Source of the DNA: Polyangiaceae bacterium
GTDB taxonomy: Bacteria > Myxococcota_A > Polyangia > Polyangiales > Polyangiaceae
Reading direction: 5' to 3'
Assembly (NCBI GenBank): GCA_044222475.1
Contig: JBGANF010000030.1
Coordinates: 9,532-73,531 of the forward strand
DNA length: 64,000 bases
The stretch's first letter is position 1, and each line of letters opens with the position of its first letter. Shown in pieces: positions 28,440 through 37,587 of the stretch. The notes beneath the pieces were generated by a model. That model had not been told where the DNA came from. It did not search any database and was given only the letters and a program-made list of their open reading frames with translations. A program made the translations under genes and the position numbers.

Positions 28440-29045
28440 ATGGCCTCCCCGGAGCTCCGCGTCGTACACGCTCCGACCGACTTGGCCCTCGCGCAGCGTT
28501 GCGTGCAGGGCGACGTCTCGGCGCAGCGCGAGCTGTACCACCGCGAGAAGCGGCGGGTTCACGCGGTCTTGCACCGACTCCTCGGCTCGAACGCCCACAT
28601 GGAAGACCTGATCCAGGAGAGCTTCTTCCAAATCTTCCGATCGCTTCACGGGTTTCGCGGCGAAGCGACGCTCGGGACGTGGATCGACCGGTGCGCCGTC
28701 CGCGTCGGATACGCCCACATCGCATCGAAGAAGCTGCGGGCGGTTGCCATCGACGACGTGCACGAGCCGGAGTCCCACGCGCCAAGCGCCGAAAGCGTGC
28801 TCCGCGCCCGCGAGGCGACGCGGCGCCTCTACCGCACGCTCGATCGGATCGAGCCGAAGCAGCGGGTCGCGTTCGTGCTCCACGTCGTCGAAGGTCGGCC
28901 GATGGCCGAGGTCGCCCTCTTGATGGATGCGAGCGTCGTCGCGACGAAGGTGCGGGTCTGGCGCGCGCGGCGTTTCCTCGAGGCGCGAGCGCGCCGCGAT
29001 CCGTGGCTGGCGGACTTCGTCGACGAAGGGAGGGCCGAGCCATGA
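28440..29045 (+). CDS. ECF RNA polymerase sigma factor
   Basis: Region 2 EDLIQESF...TWIDR; region 4 RVAFVLHVVEG...EVA...TKVRVWRAR. Confidence 0.92.
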   Translation: MASPELRVVHAPTDLALAQRCVQGDVSAQRELYHREKRRVHAVLHRLLGSNAHMEDLIQESFFQIFRSLHGFRGEATLGTWIDRCAVRVGYAHIASKKLRAVAIDDVHEPESHAPSAESVLRAREATRRLYRTLDRIEPKQRVAFVLHVVEGRPMAEVALLMDASVVATKVRVWRARRFLEARARRDPWLADFVDEGRAEP

Positions 29046-29968
29046 AGAAGGATCTCGAGGTGGAGCCGCTCTCGGACGCGCGCTTCGCTCGTGCCGAGCG
29101 CATGCTGTTCGAGCGGCTCGCGCGCGAAGGAACGGCCGCACCGCTTCCGTCACGCAGCCGTGCCATCAAGTGGGGCGGGTGGGGCGTCGCCCTCGCGGCG
29201 GCGGCGGCGATCGTCGTCCTGCTCTGGCGGCCCTGGTCGGCAGCTCCTCCTCAGGTCGTCGGCGTGTCGCCGTCGCCCTCTCACTTCGTGAGCGAGTCGA
29301 GCGCGTCTCACGTGGCGCTCGGAGAGAACGAGCTCGATCTCGGTCCGCGCACCTCGCTCGTCAGCACCGGCGACGACGACCACGGTGTAGTGCTCGTTCT
29401 GGAAGAAGGGTCGGTGACGTGCCACGTCGCGCCGCGCCACGGTCGGCCGCCGTTCGTCGTCCAAGCCGGCGACGTTCGGGTGACGGTCAAGGGGACGCGG
29501 TTCACCGTGACCCGCGGCGGGGCCGACGTCACCGTCTCGGTCGAGAGCGGCGTCGTCGACGTCGCGAGCGACGGCACACGCACCGAGCTCACCGCCGGCG
29601 GTCGTTGGCCCGCCGTCGCGATCGTGCCGGCCGCTCCGACCGTGACCGTGACCGCGACCGCGACCGCCAGCGCACCGCCCGCCGTCGTTCCGAGCACCAC
29701 TGGGCGCCCGATGCCGGACGCGCGCGCGCGCTTCGAAGCGGCGGAGACCCTCGAGGCGAGCGATCCCGAGGCGGCGCTCGGCGCCTATGCGTCGCTCGCG
29801 AAGGGCTCCGGGCCCTGGGCCGAGAACGCGTTGTTCGCCGAGGGGCGGCTCCTCGCCGAGCGCGGCCGGACCGCCGAAGCGCAGAAGGTGCTCGGCGACT
29901 ACCTCACGCGCTACCCTTCGGGACCGAATGCGGGTGATGCGCGGGCGCTCTTGGCGAAGAAGGATTGA
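29042..29968 (+). CDS. FecR-domain anti-sigma factor with C-terminal TPR
   Basis: TM helix, LEEGSV, FVVQAGDVRVTVKGTRFTV, VSVESGVV, TPR ending YLTRYPSG; coupled to the sigma gene. Confidence 0.88.
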   Translation: MKKDLEVEPLSDARFARAERMLFERLAREGTAAPLPSRSRAIKWGGWGVALAAAAAIVVLLWRPWSAAPPQVVGVSPSPSHFVSESSASHVALGENELDLGPRTSLVSTGDDDHGVVLVLEEGSVTCHVAPRHGRPPFVVQAGDVRVTVKGTRFTVTRGGADVTVSVESGVVDVASDGTRTELTAGGRWPAVAIVPAAPTVTVTATATASAPPAVVPSTTGRPMPDARARFEAAETLEASDPEAALGAYASLAKGSGPWAENALFAEGRLLAERGRTAEAQKVLGDYLTRYPSGPNAGDARALLAKKD

Positions 29969-30956
29969 GGGGCTCGCCCTCGCGTTCACGCTGCTCGTCG
30001 CGCGCAGCGCCGACGCGAGCGATCTCTCGCGCGTGGCCTTCGTCGGCGACGACCCGGAGCTCCTGCGCGCGCTCGGCCGTTCGCTCGCGACCTGGCAGGT
30101 CGAGGTCGTTCCCGCGGCCGAGCCTCAGCTCGGTGCGACACTTCCGGAAGGCGCGGCGATCGCCGAAGCGGTCTGCGCACGCACCGGCGCGCAAGCGGCG
30201 GTGTGGATCTCGCGCTCGGCCGGGGGGTGGGCGCTTTGGGTGTATGATGCACGTACCCACGAGCTCGTCTCGCGCGCCGTGACCGACGAGCCGCCGTACA
30301 GCGGACCGGTCGCCGCCGCGCTGTCTCTGTCCACCAAGACGTTGCTCAAAAAGAGCCTCGTCGCTCCCGAGACCGAGCGGTTCGGTGCCTCGGCTCCGGC
30401 GCCTCCGCGACCGCCGGTGGCACCGCCCGAAGCGAAGCCGTCGGCGCTGTACCTCGAAGGGTCCGGCGGTGCGCGCTTCTTCGCGATCTCGATCCAACCG
30501 GCGGAGGCCCGGTTCGGCCTCGGCGTGAGCTACTGGTCGCGAAGCTCTCCCGCGATCGGAGGGTTCGTGGACGTGTCGCTCGGACCGGGGGTGAACCTGG
30601 CGTCGTCGAAGGTCGACGCGCACTACGTCGCGATCGGCGCAGCCGCCGGAGTCCGCGGACGCATCGACGCAGCGCGGTGGCTCGCCCTCGAAGGCGGGCT
30701 CGGCTTCGTGTTGGGCATCACGTCGTTCTCGGGCGTCGCGGACGGCGAGAGTGTCGCCGTGCTCCGCGCGAACCCGGCGGCGCGGATCGCCTTCGTCGTC
30801 GACTTCAAGCTAGGCAACCGCACTTCGATCGGGCTGGTGAACTCCCTCGACGCGGCCTTTCGCCGGCAGGACTACACGTTCGCCGGAGCGACCGTCGCCG
30901 AGGGAGGGTTCTTCACGTGGGATCTCGCGCTTCGCCTACGTGTCGGCGCGGACTGA
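29937..30956 (+). CDS. Exported protein with a C-terminal beta-barrel-like region (third gene of the ECF operon)
   Basis: Signal-like segment, Pro linker, amphipathic strands. Start uncertain. Confidence 0.6.
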   Translation: MRGRSWRRRIEGLALAFTLLVARSADASDLSRVAFVGDDPELLRALGRSLATWQVEVVPAAEPQLGATLPEGAAIAEAVCARTGAQAAVWISRSAGGWALWVYDARTHELVSRAVTDEPPYSGPVAAALSLSTKTLLKKSLVAPETERFGASAPAPPRPPVAPPEAKPSALYLEGSGGARFFAISIQPAEARFGLGVSYWSRSSPAIGGFVDVSLGPGVNLASSKVDAHYVAIGAAAGVRGRIDAARWLALEGGLGFVLGITSFSGVADGESVAVLRANPAARIAFVVDFKLGNRTSIGLVNSLDAAFRRQDYTFAGATVAEGGFFTWDLALRLRVGAD

Positions 30957-30965
30957 TCGATCGCG

Positions 30966-31811
30966 TCACTTCACGACGCACGCGTTCTTGTCGCACTTGG
31001 GCGTGTTCACCGGGCAGTCGGTGTCCTTGAGGCACTGGACGCACTGACTCGCGTCCTTGCAGAAGGCGGTCGGGGCGACGCAGTTCGCGTTCGTCACGCA
31101 CGCCGTGCAGCGGCCCTTGTCGGTGTCGCAGACGGGCGTCGACCCGCTGCACTCCGTCGGTCCGAGGCATTGGACGCAACGCGAGCGTGCGATGTCGCAC
31201 TTGGGCGTCGAGCCGCCGCACTGCACGTCGCTCGTGCAGCCTGCGCGGCACTTCTGCTCCTCGGGATCGCAGATGGGCGTCGTACCGCCGCAATCGGCGT
31301 TCGAGAAGCACTGGATGCAGCTCCCACGCGCGTTGCACTTCGGCGCCGACGCCGGGCAGTTCGCCGAGGTCGCGCACTCCACGCACTGCTGCGTCGTCGC
31401 GTTGCAGAGCGGCTTGCCGCTGACGCCGTTGCAGTCGGCGGCGACGTTGCAGCCGACGCACACCCCGGTGTTCACGTTGCAGATGGGCGCGTCACCGGGG
31501 CAGTTGGCGTTGCTGGTGCACGCCGCGTGGCACTTGTGGTCCTTGGGGAAGCACGCCGGCTCGGCGGTGCCACAGTCGGCGTTGGTCCGGCACGACTCGC
31601 ACCGGCCAAGGACACAGAACTTCGTCGTCCCACCGCAGTTGAGGTCGGTCGTGCACTCGACGCACCCGAGCGTGGCGTCGCACGTCTTGCCGGCGCCGCA
31701 GCCAGTGGTCGGGCAGAGCCCGCCACCGGGCGGGATGGTCGAGTCCGAACCGCCACAGGCGATCGCGAGGGCGACGAAGGTGGAGCTAGCGAATGCGAAG
31801 AAGTGCTTCAT
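30966..31811 (-). CDS. Cys-rich repeat lipoprotein
   Basis: Lipobox AIAC; about 9 repeats of CVxC-x5-C-x4-PxC. Confidence 0.85.
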   Translation of the reverse strand: MKHFFAFASSTFVALAIACGGSDSTIPPGGGLCPTTGCGAGKTCDATLGCVECTTDLNCGGTTKFCVLGRCESCRTNADCGTAEPACFPKDHKCHAACTSNANCPGDAPICNVNTGVCVGCNVAADCNGVSGKPLCNATTQQCVECATSANCPASAPKCNARGSCIQCFSNADCGGTTPICDPEEQKCRAGCTSDVQCGGSTPKCDIARSRCVQCLGPTECSGSTPVCDTDKGRCTACVTNANCVAPTAFCKDASQCVQCLKDTDCPVNTPKCDKNACVVK

Positions 31812-31819
31812 GCCACCTC

Positions 31820-31846
31820 AGTACCGCGATGGGCGCCGAGGGTTGC
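31820..31846 (-). promoter_or_regulatory. Putative ECF promoter
   Basis: Minus strand GCAACC-N18-ACT upstream of the 31811 start. Confidence 0.5.
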
Positions 31847-31915
31847 ATCTTTCGTCTCGGAGCAACCCGACGGTGAAGTCGCAGGGTGACCTACACCCGA
31901 CCCACGCGCTTCGAA

Positions 31916-31942
31916 GTAACCATCCTCGTCCGCGATCCCACG
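31916..31942 (+). promoter_or_regulatory. Putative ECF promoter
   Basis: GTAACC-N18-ACG upstream of the 31972 start. Confidence 0.55.
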
Positions 31943-31971
31943 GTAGAACGAGGAAGAGAAGGAGAGGCCTC

Positions 31972-33936
31972 ATGCGTACACGGCTTTGGATCTGGGCACT
32001 CCCCATGGCGCTCGGGATCGCGCTGGCGATGGCCTGCGGGTCGGACGGAGGCGACGGCCCCACCGACGCTTCCACCAACGACGGCGGACTCGCCGACGGC
32101 ACGCTCGTCGATGGGCTCGCCATCGATCCTCCGACCGCGACGCTCGTGGTGAAGGTGACCGATCCGCCTCAGACGCTGCAGTTCAAGGCGCTCGCCACGA
32201 TCGGGAGCGCGCCCGCGTTCCAGGTTCCCGCCGTGTTCAGCGTCGACAACGTCATACCAGGGACGATCTCGACGGCGGGCCTCTATACGACCAGCAACGC
32301 ATCCGGTGGGGTCGTCAACGTCAGCGCGGTGTATGGCGGCAAGACCGCGACCGCCGTCCTGACCGTCAAGCTCGAGGCCGACGTCACCTCGGGCAACGTG
32401 CCCCCGAACCCGGCGACGTTCTTCGATCCGCCGAACACCGTCGTCGTCGCGGATCCGACCAAGTCGCCGACGCTCGTCTATCCGGTGCCCGAGACGAAGT
32501 TCCCGCAGAACCTCTACCGCACGCTGTTCAACTGGCGCCCCGCCGGGAACGACCTCTTCCTCCTCCGCTACGAGTCGCCGAACCTGAAGCTCAACGTCTA
32601 CACCGATGGCGTCCAAGCGACGTGCAAGACCGCCAACACCGGCGGCTCGTGCTGGGAGACGGTGCAGAAGGACTGGGCGATGATCGCCGGCTCGAACGCC
32701 GGGGGCGCCGTGTCGTTGACCCTGTTCGGTACGAACACCAAGGCGAAGGGCACGGTCTACGCGTCCAAGCCGTACACGTTCACGTTCTCCAAGTCGCCGG
32801 TCCCCGGCGCGATCTACTACTGGTCGACTACGGCGAAGGGCGTCCGGCGCGGGACGCTCGATGCGCTCGCGCCTTCGAACTTCCTCACCCCGGCCGAAGC
32901 GGATGGCAACTGCGTCGCGTGCCACACCCTGTCTCGCAACGGCAAGCGCCTCGCCGCCGACGTGGGCGGAGAGAAGCTCTGGGTCGTCGACGTCGTGAAG
33001 CAAATTCCGCCACCTCGCGTGTTCACCGCGTACAACAACGCAGCGATCGCCAACGCGTGGGCGACCTTCAACCCCGACACGACGCGCATCGTCTCTGCGA
33101 GCAATGGCGTGCTCCGGTTGATCGACGGCAACACGGGCGCTCCGGTCGGCGGGGGCAACGGCGTCATCGCCGGGCCGTCCCCTTTTGGGACGATGCCGGA
33201 CTGGGCGCCCGACGGGAAACACCTCGTCTTCGTCCAGTCGGCCGCGAACAAGGACCGTGGTCTCACGGCTTCTTCGGTCGCGTGGCTCAGCGTCGCCGGT
33301 GACGTGTTCTCGGGCCCGCAGGTGATCCTCGCCTCGGCTGGCGCGACCGACAACTACGCCTACCCGATGTTCGACCCGACCAGCCAGTGGATCGCGGTCG
33401 CGCGCGGCGCGGCGAAGACCGACAACGACCCGAGCGCGCAGATCATGATCGCCGCTGCGAAGGCGGCGAGCACCGCGCAGCAACAGGTCCGCGCAGACAC
33501 GCTGGTCAACGACGGCACCGTCGCCACCGGCGTGCAGAACTCGATGCCGACCTGGGCGCCGACGTCGGCCGACAACGTGCTCTGGATCGCATTCACCAGC
33601 ACGCGCGACTACGGCACCGTTCTGGCTGCGGGGTCCACCTACGGCAACAAGCGCGACCAGCTGTGGATCGCGGCGATCGACCTCACCAAGCTCGGGCAAG
33701 GCGACGCGAGCTTCCCGGCGTTCCGCGTGCCTTTCGTCGAGCTCAGCGAGGACGCCCACCGGCCTTTCTGGGCCGAAGACGCGTTCGTCCCTCCCCCGGT
33801 CCTCGACGGTGGCGTTCCCGACGCCGGGCCTTGCCTCCAGCTCGGAGCCGATTGCACGACCGGCACGTGCTGCAACGGGCTGCAGTGCCTGCCCGTCGGC
33901 AACACCTACCAGTGCACGGTGCCGCCGCCGAACTGA
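31972..33936 (+). CDS. Lipoprotein with Ig-like domain, TolB/PD40-type propeller, CxxCH motif and C-terminal six-Cys module
   Basis: Lipobox AMAC; CVACHTLSRNG; PDWAPDG, PMFDP and PTWAP repeats; CLQLGADCTTGTCCNGLQC. Confidence 0.8.
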   Translation: MRTRLWIWALPMALGIALAMACGSDGGDGPTDASTNDGGLADGTLVDGLAIDPPTATLVVKVTDPPQTLQFKALATIGSAPAFQVPAVFSVDNVIPGTISTAGLYTTSNASGGVVNVSAVYGGKTATAVLTVKLEADVTSGNVPPNPATFFDPPNTVVVADPTKSPTLVYPVPETKFPQNLYRTLFNWRPAGNDLFLLRYESPNLKLNVYTDGVQATCKTANTGGSCWETVQKDWAMIAGSNAGGAVSLTLFGTNTKAKGTVYASKPYTFTFSKSPVPGAIYYWSTTAKGVRRGTLDALAPSNFLTPAEADGNCVACHTLSRNGKRLAADVGGEKLWVVDVVKQIPPPRVFTAYNNAAIANAWATFNPDTTRIVSASNGVLRLIDGNTGAPVGGGNGVIAGPSPFGTMPDWAPDGKHLVFVQSAANKDRGLTASSVAWLSVAGDVFSGPQVILASAGATDNYAYPMFDPTSQWIAVARGAAKTDNDPSAQIMIAAAKAASTAQQQVRADTLVNDGTVATGVQNSMPTWAPTSADNVLWIAFTSTRDYGTVLAAGSTYGNKRDQLWIAAIDLTKLGQGDASFPAFRVPFVELSEDAHRPFWAEDAFVPPPVLDGGVPDAGPCLQLGADCTTGTCCNGLQCLPVGNTYQCTVPPPN

Positions 33937-33953
33937 CTGATACGCTCGGGCCG

Positions 33954-35642
33954 ATGGCCGGCGCGGTGAAGGTGCTCTCGAACGCCGACGTGCGCGTCAT
34001 CGATCACGGCGGGACGCGAGCCGAGGCGATCGCGTGGCGCGACGGACGCATCGTCGCGGTCGGCACGAACGACGAGGTCGAGGCTATCGCCGGAGACGGC
34101 TCGGTCGTCTCCGACGCGCGCGGGGCGGTGGTGCTACCGGGGTTCATCGATCCGCACCACCACCCGTGCATCGTCGCGCTCTACGGATCCTCTCTTCGTC
34201 TGACGCGACCTTCGGTGACGGACATCCCCAGCCTCCAGCGCGCGATCGCCGCGCTGGCAAAGACCGCAAAGCCGGGCGAGTGGCTCGTCGCGACCGAGTG
34301 GGACGAGACCAACCTCGCCGAGCACCGCGCGCCGACGCGCGCCGAGCTCGACGACGCGGCGCCCGGGCACCCGGTGTTCGCCCTCCACTACTCGTGCCAC
34401 CGCGCCGTCGCGAGCTCGAAGGCGCTCGAGCTCGCCGCCATCGACAAGGACACCGCCGATCCCTCCGGAGGCGCGATCGAGCGCGGGCGAGGCGGCGTGC
34501 CGACCGGCCTCCTGATCGAGCGCGGGATCTGCGCGGTGGAGCAGCTCGCGCGCGCGAGCCTCGTCGCCACCGACGGCGAAGGCTTCCTCGCGCGGCTGGC
34601 AGCGCACCACCGCGCGATGGCCGCCGGCGGCATCACCCGGGTGTGCGACGCGACGGTCCCCGGCGACCTCGCGACGCTGTACCGCGAGGCGTCGCGCCGC
34701 GGGATGCTGACGGTTCCGACGGTGATGATGCCCGTCTCGGTGAGAGGCTGGCTCGCCGAGCCGTGGGACGTGTTGGACGGCCCTCCCACCGGCGAGGACG
34801 ATGGAATGCTGAGCGTCGGCCCGGTGAAGCTCGTCTTCGACGGCGCGCCGGGCTGCGCCATGTGCCTCGGATGGTTGCAGACTGCAGGTGTCTTCCTGCG
34901 CTCGATCGCGATGACCATCGGCCGCGGCTCGCTCGACCCGCTGCGAACCTCGATGTCGGTCGAGCCCCGGATCGGGGCGCAGATCCGCACCGGGATCCAG
35001 ATCTACCGCCGCGACGAGGCGAAGGCGGTCGTCGCGGCCGCGGTCGAGCGCGGATTCTCGGTGGCGACCCACGCGATCGGCAACGAGGCGATCGACGTCG
35101 CGCTCGAAGCGTACGAAGCCGCCAAGGGATCACTCGATCGCGCCGGATTGCCTCGGCTCGAGCACGCGACCTTCCTGAGCCCCGATCTCGTCGATCGGAT
35201 CGCCGGCGTCGGCGCGGCGGTCGTCGTGCAGCCCTACTTCACGATGCTCCCCGCGCTGGCGGGCGCGGCGTCGATCCCCGGCGTGCGCTACTCGCCGCTG
35301 CGCTGGCTGCTCGACGCGAAGGTGCTCGTCTCGGGGAGCTCGGACCATCCGGTCGCGTCCTTCGATCCGATCGCGGCGATCGCGGCGGCGGTGAACCGAA
35401 AGACCGCCCGCGGCGACGTCCACGAGGGCGACCAGCGGATCTCGATCGACGAGGCGATCGCGCTCTACACGCGCGCCGCGGCAGCCGCGACCGGGTGCTT
35501 GTCCCAATGTGGGACCCTCGAAACGGGAAAGCGCGCGGACCTCGTCGTGGTCGACGGATCGGTCGACACCGAAGACGGTCTCGCCACCGCGAAGGTCCGC
35601 GCGACCTTCATCGGCGGCGAGCTCGTCTTCGGCGCGCCGTGA
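33954..35642 (+). CDS. Amidohydrolase (YtcJ/amidohydrolase_3-like)
   Basis: VLPGFIDPHHH, KLVFDG, HAIGN, RLEHA, SSDHP, GKRADLVV. Confidence 0.9.
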   Translation: MAGAVKVLSNADVRVIDHGGTRAEAIAWRDGRIVAVGTNDEVEAIAGDGSVVSDARGAVVLPGFIDPHHHPCIVALYGSSLRLTRPSVTDIPSLQRAIAALAKTAKPGEWLVATEWDETNLAEHRAPTRAELDDAAPGHPVFALHYSCHRAVASSKALELAAIDKDTADPSGGAIERGRGGVPTGLLIERGICAVEQLARASLVATDGEGFLARLAAHHRAMAAGGITRVCDATVPGDLATLYREASRRGMLTVPTVMMPVSVRGWLAEPWDVLDGPPTGEDDGMLSVGPVKLVFDGAPGCAMCLGWLQTAGVFLRSIAMTIGRGSLDPLRTSMSVEPRIGAQIRTGIQIYRRDEAKAVVAAAVERGFSVATHAIGNEAIDVALEAYEAAKGSLDRAGLPRLEHATFLSPDLVDRIAGVGAAVVVQPYFTMLPALAGAASIPGVRYSPLRWLLDAKVLVSGSSDHPVASFDPIAAIAAAVNRKTARGDVHEGDQRISIDEAIALYTRAAAAATGCLSQCGTLETGKRADLVVVDGSVDTEDGLATAKVRATFIGGELVFGAP

Positions 35643-35645
35643 CCT

Positions 35646-36089
35646 TCACTTCGCGCGAAGAGCCTTCACCTGGGCAGCGACGTCGGGCCCGGCGGCGTTG
35701 GCGCCCTGCGCTTTGAGGTGCTTCATCGCGACGCCGGTGGCCTGACCGTCGTTCGCGGCCGCCTTGATCGCATCGGCGACCGGAGCGAGCGCCGCCGCGA
35801 TGTCGGCCGCGGACATGCCCTTGGGCAACAGGTCCTCGAGGAGCTCGATCTCGCGCTTCAGGACGGCGCTCTTCTCGGCGTCGCCGCTCGACGCAGCGAG
35901 CGTTTCTTGGTTCGATTTGACGAGCTTGCGCAGCGCGCCGAACGCTTCGTCGTCGGTGAGCGGACGCGCGAGGCGCGCCTCGAGGGCTTGGACCTCGCTC
36001 TGGGCGAGGCGGAGGATCGTCGTCGCGACGCCGTCCTTGGCTTTCATGGAGGCGAGGGCGCGCGCACGGAGAGTTTCGATCAGAGTCAT
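35646..36089 (-). CDS. GatB/YqeY-domain protein
   Basis: MKAKD...ILRL, LRKLVK, REIELLEDLLPK, GVAMK; downstream of the tuf paralog. Confidence 0.75.
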   Translation of the reverse strand: MTLIETLRARALASMKAKDGVATTILRLAQSEVQALEARLARPLTDDEAFGALRKLVKSNQETLAASSGDAEKSAVLKREIELLEDLLPKGMSAADIAAALAPVADAIKAAANDGQATGVAMKHLKAQGANAAGPDVAAQVKALRAK

Positions 36090-36157
36090 TGTGGATGTCC
36101 TTTCGTGTACGTGACGGTGCCCGCTCGAGCAAGCGCTCGAGCGGGCCACGTCTGGTT

Positions 36158-37327
36158 TCAGGCGACTTCGGTGACCACACCCGCACCGACGGTCTTTCCG
36201 CCTTCGCGGAGCGCGAACCTCATCCCGGGCTCGATCCCGATCTTCTTGATCAAGCGGAACGCGATTCGCGTGCGATCGCCGGGGCGCACGACCTCGCCTT
36301 CGGGGAGCGCGATCGCGCCGGTCACGTCGGCGCCTCCGAAGAAGAACACCGGCATGTACCCGTCGCCGAAGGCGGTGTGGCGACCGCCCTCCTTCGCGCT
36401 GAGCGCGTAGATCTCGGCGACTCCGGCGTCGTGGAGCTTCACCACGCCGGGCATCGTCACGACCTGTCCGCGCACGATCTCCTCGCGGCGCACACCGCGG
36501 AGGAGCAAACCGACGTTCTCGCCGGCGCGCGCTTCCACTCGATCCTGGTGGAACGACTGGATGCCCGTCACGACGACGGGCCGCGCATCGGCGAGACCGA
36601 CGATCTCGATGGTCGTGCCGACGCGGAGGACTCCGCGATCGACGCGACCGGTGACGACCGTGCCGCGACCGCCGATCGTGAAGACGTCCTCGATCGGCAT
36701 GAGGAACGGCGACTCGAAGTCGCGCACCGGCACGGGCACGTGCTCGTCGAGCGCGCGAACGAGCGCGCGGATGGACTCCACCCAAGGGCCGTCGGTGCGG
36801 CCCTCGGCGATGGCGTTCACCGCGCCGAGGGCGGACCCGCGGATGACGGGGCTGCCTTCGAAGCCGTGGGCGCGGAGCAGGTCCTCGGTCTCGACGACGA
36901 CGAGGTCGACGAGCTCGGGATCGGCGACGTCCATCTTGTTCACGAACACGACGAGGTGGCGAACGCCGACCTGCTTGGCGAGCAGCACGTGCTCGCGCGT
37001 CTGCGCCTCGGGGCCTTGCGACCCGTCGACGAGCAGGATGGCGCCGTCCATCTGCGACGCGCCGGTGATCATCGTCTTCACGTAGTCGGCGTGCCCGGGG
37101 CAATCGATGTGCGCGTAGTGCCGCGTCACGCTCTCGTACTCGACGTGCGCGAGGTTGATGGTGATGCCGCGGGTGCGCTCCTCGGGGTGGCTGTCGATCT
37201 CGCTCAGGGCGCGGGCGCGCGCGAAGCCGTCGATGGCCATGACCTGCGTGATGGCGCTCGTGAGGGTGGTCTTGCCGTGATCGACGTGACCGATGGTGCC
37301 GACGTTGACGTGCTGCTTCTGGAACAT
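36158..37327 (-). CDS. tuf: Elongation factor Tu, divergent paralog (Tuf3-like)
   Basis: [42 protein letters not shown]. Many non-canonical residues; outside any ribosomal operon. Confidence 0.92.
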   Translation of the reverse strand: MFQKQHVNVGTIGHVDHGKTTLTSAITQVMAIDGFARARALSEIDSHPEERTRGITINLAHVEYESVTRHYAHIDCPGHADYVKTMITGASQMDGAILLVDGSQGPEAQTREHVLLAKQVGVRHLVVFVNKMDVADPELVDLVVVETEDLLRAHGFEGSPVIRGSALGAVNAIAEGRTDGPWVESIRALVRALDEHVPVPVRDFESPFLMPIEDVFTIGGRGTVVTGRVDRGVLRVGTTIEIVGLADARPVVVTGIQSFHQDRVEARAGENVGLLLRGVRREEIVRGQVVTMPGVVKLHDAGVAEIYALSAKEGGRHTAFGDGYMPVFFFGGADVTGAIALPEGEVVRPGDRTRIAFRLIKKIGIEPGMRFALREGGKTVGAGVVTEVA

Positions 37328-37352
37328 GGGTTTCTCCGTTGGGTTTCGAGAC

Positions 37353-37392
37353 AAAATGAGAAAAGCCCCTCAGGCGGGTGGCCGGAGGGGCT
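37353..37392 (-). terminator. Intrinsic terminator/attenuator hairpin in the tuf 5' leader
   Basis: Minus-strand AGCCCCTC-cGGCcacccGCCt-GAGGGGCT followed by TTTCTCATTTT, just upstream of the tuf RBS. Confidence 0.75.
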
Positions 37393-37416
37393 CGGGAGGC
37401 TGAAAAGTCCTTGGAC

Positions 37417-37509
37417 TTACGTGAGGCTCGCCGTCGCTCGTTCGGACACGCCGCAGCCAGCGTCCGATGACGCCGGGGCGACGACTGAGAGCGACGGTGA
37501 GTAGCGCAT
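37417..37509 (-). CDS. Putative 30-aa leader peptide (uORF) of the tuf paralog
   Basis: MRYSPSLSVVAPASSDAGCGVSERATASLT*, ending 24 nt before the terminator stem. Confidence 0.5.
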   Translation of the reverse strand: MRYSPSLSVVAPASSDAGCGVSERATASLT

Positions 37510-37587
37510 GGCGTCATGGACCGACGAAGCGCGCGCGCTTCCCTGACGGGCCTTGTCGACGTCGCGGTCCTCGGGTCTCATTCGGGC

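Noticed and set aside
29636..29670. ACCGTG/ACCGCG repeats
   Set aside because: They encode the TVTVTATATA linker in the FecR protein.
36158..37327. SelB or a pseudogene instead of EF-Tu
   Set aside because: No SelB C-terminal extension; the ORF is intact with all GTPase motifs and the EF-Tu C-terminus.
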